Of a DNA stretch of 64,000 bases, positions 37,601 to 50,500 are shown piece after piece (the first letter of the stretch is position 1; each line of letters opens with the position of its first letter). The translations under genes were made by a program, and so were the position numbers. The notes beneath the pieces were generated by a model that worked only from the letters and a program-made list of their open reading frames with translations, did not search any database and was not told the DNA's origin. Source of the stretch: Phoronis australis (taxonomy: Eukaryota > Animalia > Phoronida); contig NMRA01000179.1 of NCBI GenBank assembly GCA_002633005.1, forward strand, positions 366,759-430,758, read 5' to 3'.

Positions 37601-40600
37601 CATCTCCAGGCTGATGTCCAAACTGCTGCCCAGAGGTCAGCTCTACTGAGTGCATATTCGCTGGACAAAATCTACTCCTGCATTGAGGCTTACCAGTCTT
37701 CAGACATGATGGAACTCACCCTAGCAACAGGCACTATTGTTGGCATTGTTAAAGATCAAGACCCTATGGGCAGCAAGGATCGGTGGTTTGTTGATAATGG
37801 AGGTATGACATTGAGGATTTGCTTGTCTTGTTCTTGTACTTGGCCTTGTAGATTTTGAATTAGTCTAGAATGATCGTGTAGCTTTCATTTGCAGCACAAA
37901 CCTTTGAAGCATCCAACTTTATTTCATAGAAAGATTTGTAGTTGTTGAAGAACAGATGAATATCCTGGTAACAATTTTCATATTGTAATGGAAACAGCTG
38001 AACAGAATCATAACTGAAACAAAATAAAGGTTTGCAGTAAAACAAGGAAACAATTTTAATCTCAAAAACTTTGCAGATTTTTTATTAGAATTCCTTAGTT
38101 ACTTTTTTGTTCGTGAAATTTCAGCAACTAAAGGTTTCATTCCCAAGAGAATCCTGTCAGCGTACGACCCATCCAAAGTTGAACCAGCCAGTGTCACGTC
38201 ACTGCTGGGCAGTGGTCACGCGGAGGTAACCGAGTACATGTTGTCCGGCAGCACGATTTGGTACACGCATGTAGAGGTTAGAGTTTAGTTGCTGCTTAAT
38301 TTTCACAGCTCTTTATTTTCTTTTATCTCTTTGGTTAAAGGGCTTAGGGCCATGTCACACCAAGTCGGATCTCAGCATGATATCAGTGACAAGGAAAAAC
38401 TGAGTGTGAAATGACTAACTGTGGAAACTTATTAAAAACCTTGTGGATGGTGTAGCCTTTGAGACATTTTTTGCCAACGTTGCTCGTTCGCGCCCATTTC
38501 ATCAAGATATTTACAGTTACACTGAAAGCCAACTTCAACCTTTATAGACAAAATAAGAAGGAAGCAGTTTGTTAAGCCAAAGCTCACATCCATGAGCTTC
38601 ATTCCAATCACAGTATAACCATAAAAACAACATCTAATATAAAACTTGCATCATTTTGCTACTCAATTTTTGTGATCATTGGAATATTTATTCAAAACAT
38701 CTAACATTTAATTTTGTAAATGTGAGAAATGGTTAAAAAAGAGCATAAATGAGGTTCTTTTGAACAAAGTTTTTGTCCGTGTATTCTTAAGTATGTCGCC
38801 AGGCTTTTTCGTTGCTGCCGTGCACTTTACGTTGTTGTCATGTGATAATGCCATCCACAGGTGCTCGCTCCATAACCTTAAGTGTTTCAATATCAGTAGC
38901 ACAGGCTGCACCGAGATATGCATGTTCCGCTCTAGGTTGCAGGGACCTCGATACAGTCTTGTTACCTAAACAAAGCTCGGATGCTATGAGAATGAATTTG
39001 GTGTGTCAGGGTTTTCGCGGATCCATTTTCCAAACATTTTACCAATCAATGATATTCTGTCCTTGTTAAATCTGTTCTACCTTATGCCATAACTTCATCA
39101 ATGCGATGTATAATGAAACAATATACTTGACTCCCTAACTGACTGGAGGATGGGTAACATGCTCTGTATAATTGTCATGTCGTTAAATGTGCCACAAAAC
39201 ATACAATACCTTTGGCTGTATATTAATATGTTTTTATTAACTTTATTTATTGAATCCTAAAATAACCTGCTATGTTTCAAACATGACCCAATTTGCAAAG
39301 TTGTGTCACTTAGCACGTCAGTGTGTAATCGCTTACACTCATTGCATGAGGAGGCTGTGGTCATTATTTATGGAAAATAATATTAAGGGCCTTAACATTT
39401 CTCTTGAAATTGTGGTCATTCATGAGAACATTGCATGCTATATTCAATTGCGTTGTATAGAACTGTCCTCTTTCTCAAAATCCTGACTTAAAGAACTTAA
39501 CATTGTGAACTTAGCCAAGCAGAGTTTCAACAATAATGAACTATCAGTTCTCTGCAAAACCAAAAATCACTTCTCGTCTGAGTAAGAAACAAGTTGAGAC
39601 CAATATGTTAGAAGTAAGTCTAAATTTAAATGTAACCTGTTTATATGCCATCTCCATCAAGAACGTAAAGTTTGCACAGTCATCCTTTTTCATGAAAGTT
39701 CTCAGCTTTAAATTTGTTTTTACTTTTGCTGATCAAAACCCCGCAGTGTGTTCCTTAGTCCTGCCAATTGACAAAAGACAATCCCTGTTTTCATCAATGT
39801 GTCATAATCTATAGTTGAACGGTGTTATTTGACAGCAGTTTCTAGTGAATACTTCGTAAAAGCACTATCATAATCGTCTGTTGCCAGAGAGAGTGAAGCT
39901 GTTTATAAACTTTTTCTGACTATTCTTGTCAGTTGGGTGTGGGACAAAGGTGACTTAAAACATTCCTGATTGTTAAATGAGTTTCATTTCTGACAGGACA
40001 CTAGTTCTACTGTGAATTTGCTCCCTTCAACCCCGCCTCCGTCGTACCAAGAGTCTCTGTACACTTATGATCTCTCACCTTCACTAATGACATCGAAGGA
40101 CGAACGCCTAGCTCCATCTGCCATCAGTCAATCACCACTAGTGCAGAGGCAATCACAGCAGGTAACTAAAAGTTTTCAACAGACATTCAACTTGCAAAAT
40201 TCAAACGTCAAACCTCGTTACTATGAACCTCCCAGGACCTGTGGAAGACCTCTGAGGTGCACTGTAAATTAATCAACTTTCTAGTGAAAATAAAAACCAT
40301 GGACTTTTAATTCGTGCAGGCAGGTCCATTATTTTTTTCAAAGTGAATCGGGCACATATAAGAACCAACTTTTTGCAAGATGGCATTTTAAGTCATGGTT
40401 TTTACTGCAGACTTTCACATGTGAGATGTGGGTTTAATTCCTTCAATCATTATTATGCCGTGACACTTGAACTGTTTGTCTCTTGTCTCTTTTTGCAAAG
40501 TGTGCTGGAGTGTGGTCTGGGTGTTCTTGCACACGGAAGCCAGTGATAAGCAGCAGTGAGGCAACCGTTAATGGAATTATGGCGAAAATTCTTCACTTTG

Positions 40601-41125
40601 GGACAAAAATAATCGTTCATTTCAGTTTTTCAAATTCCTTTGGAATCAAAACTTGCTGCCAATGAATGTTTAAAATTATTTCTCGTTTCAGTTTTCCAAA
40701 TACTGTTTTATTAATGCTGGCTTCAGATCAGTGCAATTGTCCAAGCCCACAGTGGTAATGAAGCAAAACTTTATTGATTAAATTACATAGTTGTTTGGAT
40801 TGATAAACTTTAAGTTCATCTTAGCACTGTGGCTATAATGGGTCCTACATGATAATGGATATTGTTTAGAGGACTCTCTGGTATTCATTCTGGAGGTGCA
40901 TAAAGTTGTATCTTGAGACGACTGCTTTGATTCATCTTGCAGTATTATCAAGCACTGTACACATTTGAGGCGAGAACAGACAATGAAGTTAGCATCGAAG
41001 AAGATCAGATGGTGATAATGTTGGAACCACATGACCAGGAGGGTAATCCTGAGTGGTGGTTAGTGGCTACAGACCGACACCAGGGGTATGCACCAGCCAA
41101 CTACTTCAGCCCCTGCCAGAGCTGA
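19633..41125 (+). CDS. DNMBP: Dynamin-binding protein / Tuba (Cdc42 GEF; SH3x5 - DH - BAR - SH3x2), ~1527 aa, 22 coding exons
   Basis: Phase-consistent exons: 19633-19753, 20958-21101, 21778-21885, 22592-24006, 24816-25173, 25992-26068 (GC donor), 26604-26748, 27146-27357, 28325-28451, 30381-30472, 30963-31112, 31772-31877, 32542-32672, 33581-33685, 33856-33987, 34400-34561, 34903-35085, 36772-36945, 37610-37802, 38125-38225, 39997-40161, 40943-41125 (4584 nt). DH signatures are 'ELLTTEQHYLRDM', 'LIKPVQRILKYPLLLNELLK' and 'INEYKRRKDL'. BAR signatures are 'KRNDKLLDYD' and 'NYEAMNAQLLDELP'. The C-terminal SH3s contain 'DPMGSKDRWFVDNG' and 'GNPEWWLV...GYAPANY'. Confidence 0.95.
20374..20641. mobile_element. 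MITE with CAGGGCTTG-type TIR and 6-bp TSD
   Basis: Starts CAGGGCTTGGAAT and ends ATTTCAAGTCTTG (degenerate TIR). TAAGTG is duplicated at 20368-20373 and 20642-20647. Confidence 0.75.
27504..27762. mobile_element. Possible Kolobok-like MITE remnant
   Basis: Inverted ends AGCTGCATTAC ... GGAATGCAGCT are followed by TTAA on the right. The left TTAA is decayed. Confidence 0.4.
28483..29249. mobile_element. Solo LTR (767 bp), BEL/Pao-like termini
   Basis: Begins TGTT and ends AACA, flanked by a perfect 5-bp duplication ATTAT (28478-28482 and 29250-29254). It is A-rich and CpG-rich compared with the surrounding intron, and has no adjacent internal region. Confidence 0.8.
35274..35786. mobile_element. 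MITE with 13-bp TIR and 6-bp TSD
   Basis: CAGGGCTTGGAAT ... ATTACAAGCCCTG (one mismatch). TAATTT is duplicated at 35268-35273 and 35787-35792. The interior is CpG-rich with repeated TTCCGC. Confidence 0.85.
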
Positions 41126-44100
41126 GGAGGGGAATATGGTGGCTGGAACACCTACCCCAAGAGTGTCATGTTATTAGAAGTGACTCTCAGTGTTTACCAC
41201 CACACATACACTATTCATGGCAAAGAAGTCTTTATAATTATAGTATAAGCCAAGAGTATTCAGACAAAATGACTCAGAATTCCCTGTCGTGCATGCTGGG
41301 CAGAACAGAGAATTCAGTAAAGGTGGCCGAGCCATTCTGTAATCATTTTGATAATTTTACCCTCATAATAGCCACCACCAGTCACTCTTGGTGTTAATCA
41401 AATTAGCCGTCATGACACTGAAACGTTAGTTTGTCTGATTACTTTAGTCTTGGTTTGTATGAAAAGCACCAGCACACCTGAAACACCTTGTGTGACTTTG
41501 GATTGGTGCATGTGTATATGAACCAGTGATGATGCAAGGTTTTGAACAGTTTGATATTTTAAGAAACTACACATGATGGATGACGTGTGTTTCTGTTATC
41601 TTTACAAAGCAGTCCCCACGTCATTATATACACGTCAGACTAGTACAGTGTAACGTATGCTCTGGAATATGACAGTTAAGAATAAAGACAACGCTACTTA
41701 ACACATGGAATTAAAATAATGTTGGAATCATTGAAAATTCTTACTATTAAATTAAAAAATAATATACATTTTACAATTTATTTACTAGCCTAGAATAGTC
41801 AATAGATAATGCTTACAGCAACCATGACAGCATACGGAACCATACTAATACACAGCAGTAAGGTTTTGACCAACTCAATTTAACATAATCATTAAAATCA
41901 CCACACCTTAAATATAATATTATACTAGTTAACGTTAATATTACTGGATATAGAACATTTCTCTGGGCCCTGAATTGTTTGTACTTTAAATCAAACTTAA
42001 ACTAATTTTTGACATTTTCTGTTCTACTTTTTGCAAATTCAAGATAAGTGTGTAATATTGTGTGCACTCGAGTACATTGTGATTTGTGTTGATGACTATC
42101 CGATCTTTATTGATGACCTTGACATTAAACCTACAAGCTTGACTCCGGACTTGAAATCTTGACTGTTTTACTTGAAATCTTGAGTTTCTGCTCAATGTTT
42201 TGGGTCAAATCTAGGGGTCATCAAGTGCGAATCTGGACAAGAAACTCATGTGCTTGAACCATAATGTACTCAAGCACAGCATAACAGACACCTATCTAAA
42301 CGTCTTATCAAATTAAAAACAAAAATGTCAAAAAGAAATTGATCATTGTTTTGAGAACAAAGCTTAGATTTTGGGCTCTGGTCAGTTTCTTTTAAAATGT
42401 GATTGCATGAGGTCACACGTACAGTTAGCTTCTGAGTAAAAGGCATTCCACATTGATGACTGCTTGAAAACTGTACGACACTTCAGCTGTTGACCTGACC
42501 AACACTGTGATCAACCTGTTAAAATCCAATTTTGGCAAGGGTACCGTATTGTCGCATATTAGCTCCGGTACTTAAATGAGCGCTGGTCTCAAATAAGCAC
42601 CAGGAGTGGCAATTCAAGACAATTTGAAAGAACAGCAGCTCTGACTGCAATTCTCTATTTTACTTGCTAGCCTAGGGCTTACCAAATAATCATCCAGTTA
42701 ATACATGTAGTCACTACATTTAATTCTGCCATGGCTCAGTCAAACATTCCATATCCGTGTGACTGCCTAAACTTGGCAATAATTTAGGTTATTATGGTGA
42801 ACATAGTGAAGTATTGAGACGTCCGTCTTCATTCTTGTTGCTTCTGGTGTTTCATCAATTATTGTGTAGGAAAGACGAAGCAATAGGAAGTTGGATGAGT
42901 AAGAATGGGTTTGTGTGAATTTTGTAATTTGTAACTAAATATTGCTCAAATTGTGCATGCATAAAAGTATTGAATAAAATAGTTAAATAAAAGGGTGTAG
43001 TTAATCCGTGTTTACCGTACGCTTCCTGATAACTGCCTGTGCTCCACATGACTGCAATTTTTCATCTCTTCTCATAGTCTGCTAGAGTTCAAGTCTTGAC
43101 TATGCACTACAACCTGGACTTACACAATGACGCATCATGCTGTTTGTGATGAAAATTAGCATCTTTAGACGATTGAAATTAGGAAAATTAATCAAGAAAT
43201 TTAATAGAATAGGGAAAATTTAAACGAACTAAATGATTGTACTTAACTGCTGCAGAAACTCTCAGAGAAGCTTTCTGTTCGACGGTAGATTCCTGGAGTG
43301 AAGCAGCATCAATGACACACATTGCTTTTGAGAAAGTGGCCTTTTTATAAGTCAGCTAGAACTCTTCTACAATTATATTGAATTTCTTTATTGTTAGCAT
43401 ATTCTGGATCAGTTAGTGGAGAGTGCTGAAGCTCGTTAGTGTGCTCAGTTACATGTATTGTTCACGTAACCCGGAGTCATTTCATCCTCTTTCATAACTA
43501 AACAGACCGTCTTGTGCTATAGGCAGTAAACTTTAAACACCCAGTGTGCTTTGTGGAGAAAATCCACTTACATTGTGATGTTGCATTTTTTTCTATGTTC
43601 TGTAGTTATTATTATTATTGCTAATTTTTTTGTTGCAATAACCAATTACAGGAGTTCAAAAAGTGTAGAATATCATTATTCCCAATCACAGTTTGTTTGT
43701 GATGAAAATTGTGGACTATTTGCTTAAAATTTTGTTTATTGTATTTCTATGCAAGGCTTAACAATCCCACGCTAACAGAAATATAACAGCACTTGTTGGC
43801 ATTTGCAATGTTTAAGAATTTTTAGTCTGATCCACAGTGTGTCACTGTGTATATTATTAAGTTACTTGGTGTTATGAATAAAAGATAATAACTTTGTTTC
43901 TTGTTGCAAACAATTCCTCATAAAATAATTCATTTTACCGTGATCATTTTCTCAGATATTTTAAGAGGTGTGTCCGTTCACGATTGTATTATTTTAATAA
44001 AAAGTAAAAACCCCGAAAACATTCAGATAACAGTGCAAGGTGGTGTAATGCGGGACAATCCAGCATATAAACACTCTACTAACTGCTGTTCATTTCCTGT

Positions 44101-46160
44101 CAAAATGGAATGTTTTAATTACTGCAGCCCAGTCCTGTGCAGTGGTTGATGATGAAATTAATGATGTTTCGACATCGAGCCTTCACCTCAGCAAAAGAAT
44201 GAGGAGTAAAAATGCCACTTACCAAAGATAAGATGCCAACAACGCTGATACTGGATGAATGGTGCACCAGTTTTGCAATTTCTGTTCAATTAATCCACCA
44301 AGAAAGCATTACAAGCAGACATATATTTATTACAATAGATAACAACATGGTTGTACAACGACCAGTTTTATGAGGCTAAACATACATTGTCAAGCAACTA
44401 TCAATGACTGACGAACAAAACATTGTCCAGCACTTTTGGGAATGGTAAGAGATTTTGTTGTGTATAGTAAATGTGATTCGCAATCCCTAAAAATAGAGAG
44501 AAATTTTTGAGTTAAGCACATACCACCCACTTGTGGTAGCAGGGGAAATAATCACCAAGCATGTGATCAGCACCATGTTACCAATATATAAATTTCATTC
44601 AAATATATTAAGTAACACATAGCAAAATACTTGAGCATCAGACAGCATACAAATAATCTAATTTGCACCAAGACCCTAGAAACAAGTTATAAATAAAATA
44701 TAAATGCATGAATTATATTGACTTAGTAATAAAAAGGGAGTAAAACTAAAAATTAACACTGAAGATATTACCAGTAGCCCTTAACCAGCTCCAGGAATCC
44801 TTACATGCCTGTTACTTAAGCAAATAAGAGAATTCATGTCTATGACTCTTGAACCAACTGAATACCCCCCTAGGAGAGTCAACGAAAATCCTTTGCTCCA
44901 AAAGGCATCATATATTTCATTTTAGTTTCCACTCAGTTCTGTTTAACCCATTCATATCTCACTAGGGATGTTACTGGCCAAACATAGACTGCACAACTGT
45001 TGTGTCAATCGTTTGCCATGAGGAACTGGTCACTGAAAACAATGACCTAAGTAGGTACAAAACCTGACGAGCTATGGGATACAGAAATATTACATATAAA
45101 TTTCATATGTATGAAATGTAAGTGAGCTGAACTAAACCTCTTTCACTGGAATAATGCAATCGCCAAGTAAACGTCAATGACCAGTAAATAATTCAATAAA
45201 CTATACAGATCAAATACAACGAGTCTCTCTGTTAAGAATGGAACAAGACCTGCTGGTATTTCCTCCATCACCCAATAAGAAAATAAATAAAACTAGTTCT
45301 GAATGTCGCAAGATTCAAGTCAGTCTCAACCACAACAAGTTCTAGCAACACAATAACTATCCACTGGACATGATTATCCAACTGCAAAAATGCAACTGAT
45401 TACTTGTGCAATGCAACAACAACAGAACAAATTAAAACTAAAACACCAAACATTCCCACAAGAAATGATATTTCTCAAGCCTCTATTTTTGAAAAATGAT
45501 GAAAAGTGTTGAGAAGTGTCTTTTATAAATTTTACTGGACTTAAACTGTTCTTTTTACCAACTTCTGCATTTGCTGAAATTAGCTTTCAAAAAGTACGAG
45601 GCAAATGGCACTTGAGAATTGGGCAAATTCTACATTGAAATAAAACTTACTACAAATTAAACACTATCTATTGAATTGGGCCAAAACTGTTTAGACTTTT
45701 GAGAGTTTTCATTTCATATGAGACTGGGAGTGTAGTTACTTTGTGCTAGTTCTACACATGGTTAACAGCTTGAGGAGGATGTATATGTTCCACACCAATG
45801 TCTAAATGATTGTAAGTTCTTACCCTGCAAGAGTGTACTGCCTAGTAACACCTACAGTACACGAACACTGTGCGCCAAGTACGTCAAGTTGGTATGAAGC
45901 TAACGTGGAAAAAGTATCTGACAGAAACAAATGAATTGATTGCACAAATAAAATATTAGATTATAGTAATTAAAATCAAATGTGGCTGATTGTTTGTGCA
46001 TACCACAGCTGTACCTCTGCTGGTAACAAAGCAGAAAATTTATCGTAACATAACCAGTGGCTACTATAATAATTGTCCCATCCCAAGGGCTGTAAATTAA
46101 ACAAGGTTCCCAAATTAGTTAAAAGGACAAAAAACAACAATCGTCTTATTATAAAGACTT

Positions 46161-46543
46161 CTATGAAACATAGCCGTTCATCTGATGCCTCAAATGAACA
46201 CTTGTCTTATAGATAACTATGAAACATATAGCCGTTCATCTGGTGCCTCAAATGAACACTTGTCTTATAGATAACTATGAAACATATAGCCGTTCATCTG
46301 GTGCCTCAAATGAACACTTGTCTTATAGATAACTATGAAACATATAGCCGTTCATCTGATGCCTCAAATGAACACTGGTCTTATAGATAACTATGAAACA
46401 TATAGCCGTTCATCTGGTGCCTCAAATGAACACTTGTCTTATAGATAACTATGAAACATATAGCCGTTCATCTGATGCCTCAAATGAACACTTGTCTTAT
46501 AGATAACTATGAAACATATAGCCGTTCATCTGGTGCCTCAAAT
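46161..46543. repeat. 58-bp minisatellite, ~6.6 copies
   Basis: Unit CTATGAAACATATAGCCGTTCATCTG(G/A)TGCCTCAAATGAACACTTGTCTTATAGATAA starts at 46161 (2-bp shorter copy), 46217, 46275, 46333, 46391, 46449 and 46507. Confidence 0.97.
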
Positions 46544-47520
46544 CCATCATCCACCCTTTGAAACACACTCATTCCAAGCTCTACAAAACATTCATGTAGC
46601 TCAATCATCAGATTCTCCATATTTTACATGAGAAAATTTTGAGTCTAGTCATAACTTCTTTGAATTATCAGTTAACTTGATTTAGCATCATTGTAAAAAA
46701 GTAAGCAACGGAACACAAGTCAACAAGATGACAGATATCTGACTGTGGTTGAACAACAAAAAGCAACATCCATCTTGGACAGAACAACATCAGAACAACA
46801 CTGCTAAACATATAGTTTTTTCCTCAAAACTCAATTTCCATGAGTTAAGGCTTTGAATGAGGAGTAGGTGTTCTATCATTGACCTGCAGCTGAAAAATCA
46901 TTGATGAGCAGAGGGTCAACAGACAGTTAATAATGCAGTAAAATCTTGCCACATCAACACGGGTGAGACACAACGTGATCGCCAGACATAAATTAGACTG
47001 ACTCACCACAAAACAGGACCTAAAGGGATCGAATGGGACTAATGGACCAGAAAATGACGTACATAAATTGTTCAGGTTCAACTCAGGTGTTTATATGTTG
47101 TCACAATTGAGTGGTGTGGCGGTCATGTTTCAATCCTTGGAGGTCATGTTCGGACCCCATTGGTCCTCTTTTGTGGTGGGGCAGTAATGTGTTCAGGTGC
47201 TGAGTAAGTCAAAGATGGAGGACCGGTGGTCCTGTTTTGGGTCCGGCGGTCACATTGTTTCTGACCCACGATTAAGATATAATGTGCAAGTAACTATTTA
47301 GTAACCATCTTCAACAACTGCACCTTAGTGACCATTAGATGGTACTGTGCATTCAATAAGAGGCTTTTGTAAAGGGCAATTTTGGCAACTATTTTTGTTT
47401 GACATGGAACACAGCATTTGTAAAGTTATTATAAATTAAAAGATATCTGCATTTGATAGTGGTCAGCACAAAACCTATACATCAGATCGACTGCAACTTG
47501 CTTTGTTCAACTTGGTGAAG

Positions 47521-50500
47521 TCATTCAGCCTCTTCATCCGTCTCATCCTGACCGCCCCCCACGTGGTGAACTTCATAGCTTTCCATCTCTTCCACCTGTG
47601 CCCAGGGTTGCACCTCAGCGGAGGCAAACAGGCCATAGAACATCGCTCCCAGAAGGTAGACACCACCGGCGATGTAGAAGACCACGCGCCACTCTGTAGC
47701 AGTCTGAAAGACAGTTTTTGGAGTAAAAAAACTAGTGTACAGAAAATCCGAGATTAATTAATTATAACAAGAGCACCTCATATAGTCCAATAGCCAGAAA
47801 TGGGTACGTAGAAATATTTGGTAACATATTTTTTTGTTTGTTTCACGTCTAGGTAGCACCCCTGAAGCATCTTAACAGGCGTCGTAATTATGACAACCTT
47901 GAGCAATTTTTAAGCATGAAAATAAAGGCCACAAATATGAGGTCTATTTTTGCTTAGAACTTACTAAGCACTTCCGGTAAGTTTTTTGATGTATTCACTC
48001 ATATATTGATTATATGGTCAGTGAATTTAATGAAGCTATTTTGAAGGTGGATGATTGAAAATTTGCATATTAAACAAAACGAAGCTATTTTGAAGGCGGA
48101 TGAATTGAAAATTTGCATAAATTATGAAAATAAAGGCAGCCATGATGAAAATTCTACTTGTGCTGATAGCAACAAGTATCTGTCACCACAGGTTAATTTA
48201 ATATTGATGTTTGCACCACCCAAGAACGGAAACCATCAATTTTCTCCCATTATTCAAAGTCCCAGTCTACTCGACCAGTCAATTCAGCGGTCGTCATTTT
48301 GCTACGGCGTAACTAGCAAGATCCCGAGTGCACACACAAAGCACTGGCTCCCATTTCATTGACATGATTTTGTGTGGTCTTGCGTCACCTCCCCAAACTG
48401 TTGCATTCAGAAATTCACTAAATAAATGATCGCATTCAAGAAGCACTATAACACAATTTCTCAATAAAATTAATTATTTCAACTGCATTTTTGCTTTAGT
48501 GCTAGCAAAATTTTCATCTTGCATTCCCAATAACTTGTAACTGAGAAAATATACATAATGTAAAAATTAAGCACAAAAGTGTGGTTAATTATATAGCTCA
48601 TATAAAATTTAGGTTCAGAGTGCAGTAAACCATCTGACTGCCAAAACATAGCTTTTGTTTCAAAATGCACAGGTTTATAATACGTAGCTTATACCATATA
48701 TGTACCTTGTGTGGCACTAAAGCACCAGTAATAGATGGGCTGACAATACCAGGGATGGTGGCGAATGTGTTGGAGATTCCCATCAGGATGCTGGCATACT
48801 GCAACAAGAACATCACAGAATAAAACATGATCAACATATAAGTCCCAGCCTGTGTGTTAATTCACGCGTATTAATGCAAAATCGAAACGAATTGAAATTC
48901 TCCAACTAAATGCAGCCACGTCCAAAAATATTAGTCACACTGTTCTGAGCCAAAGACGCGTCCACGGAATTCTGTTTCATTAAAATTACTTTAAATTGCT
49001 TACTAGCTGGAATTTGGTGCTGGACAAATTAAATAAAACACTTCAAAACCCTGTCTGTATTTAATGCAAAAAACCACTTACCTGAGGCGCAATGTCCAAT
49101 TGATTGACACTGAAGCCTGACCAAGCGAAACCGCCCAATCCGACAGCTATGGTCAAGAAGGCCACAGCTGATGCTGGGGTCATCAAGTATGCAGTGAGAA
49201 CCATGAACACTGTCTGACACATGAAGGCTGGCAAAGGAAAGCAAACATGAAATGGTGATCAATTTTTAAGAAATAAGTTTTATCTTATAACATCACAGAC
49301 TTCAAAAGATTAGTTGTCACTGTCATTAAAACACCTATAAACTGTAGGACAGCGTTTGATCATCTCGCTTTATTTAAAAAACTCATATGTCACCGAGATC
49401 AAGCTTTCCACACCGTGAGACAATAACAAATCATACCTCCACAAGTAAAGAGTTTCCTCACTCTAGTTCTGGATAGGAAACCTCGCCGTATAAGAAAATC
49501 GGCAAGATGGCCGCCACACTGCAAAACAATGGCCATGAAGAGATATGGGCACGCTGCCCAAAATCCAGCCTGTCGATAATAAAAATGCAGCAGTCACGCA
49601 TCTGGCAACCTTAGAGACATGCAACACATGAACAGTCCAGTAAGTACATTGATTTCTTAAAATGTGTTGATTGTGTTCACTAGCTAAATCTAGACAGTAT
49701 TCATCTGTTTAACATAGTACAGTACACTCACTTCTTTAAACCACAAAGCTGAGGTACACTGTACAAAGATTCACCTTGTAGTATTTAATGTGCAAAAAGG
49801 AAAATTGTCTCCCTTGTCTGTGACCTGGATGAGACTCCCAGACATGATTCTAACTAGTATGTATTACACTGTCAAAACCTTCCTGGGAGTGTTTTCTAAT
49901 TTTGGACTGCAAAGTCAGCTCATAGATTTTTTAGGTTTTTAAGGTTTAATCCATAAAAATTTAAAAAACTGCTGAAGCAATATTAAGTGTCGCACAAGTA
50001 AAAGAAAATGTCAAAGAATGCCAAAGTCACATTATGGTAGTTACACCAGCCCTGTATTAAAATTCAATTTAAAAGATACGATTTTGAGCGCTGCTTCGGC
50101 AAAATGATTATAGCCTTATGACATCCCGTTTCACACAGTGGTGAGGTCGGTTGCTTTGACTTAATTTTGGAATGAGTGAGAACACTTTTTTGTTTTCAGA
50201 GCAAATGGTTATACAGTGATCAGAATGGAGTTCATAATGTGACATTTTGGGCTTAATCAGTTCTTATTTGAACTTGGGATATTTTTTACTTGTCAAGCGC
50301 AAAGGATAGGTTATTTGTAACTTTTCACTATTATAGCATTCTGGTTAATTCAACATTTTTCTCAATTTACCAAATGCCTATTGTCTACATTGCTATGGTA
50401 TAAACAGTACAAATACCAGTATGAGGAATTTAAACTTAAAAAATTAATGTTAAATTTATTTCAATAATTAACTAAACTATGTACAGCATGCCCAATAAAT

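Noticed and set aside
46161-46543. 58-bp repeats as CRISPR or a structured RNA array
   Set aside because: Head-to-tail near-identical units without variable spacers.
47475-47666. 63-aa minus-strand ORF as the SLC17 C-terminus
   Set aside because: Wrong frame. The spliced last exon (47703-47521) reads TATEWRVVF...EVQPWA...EEAE*.
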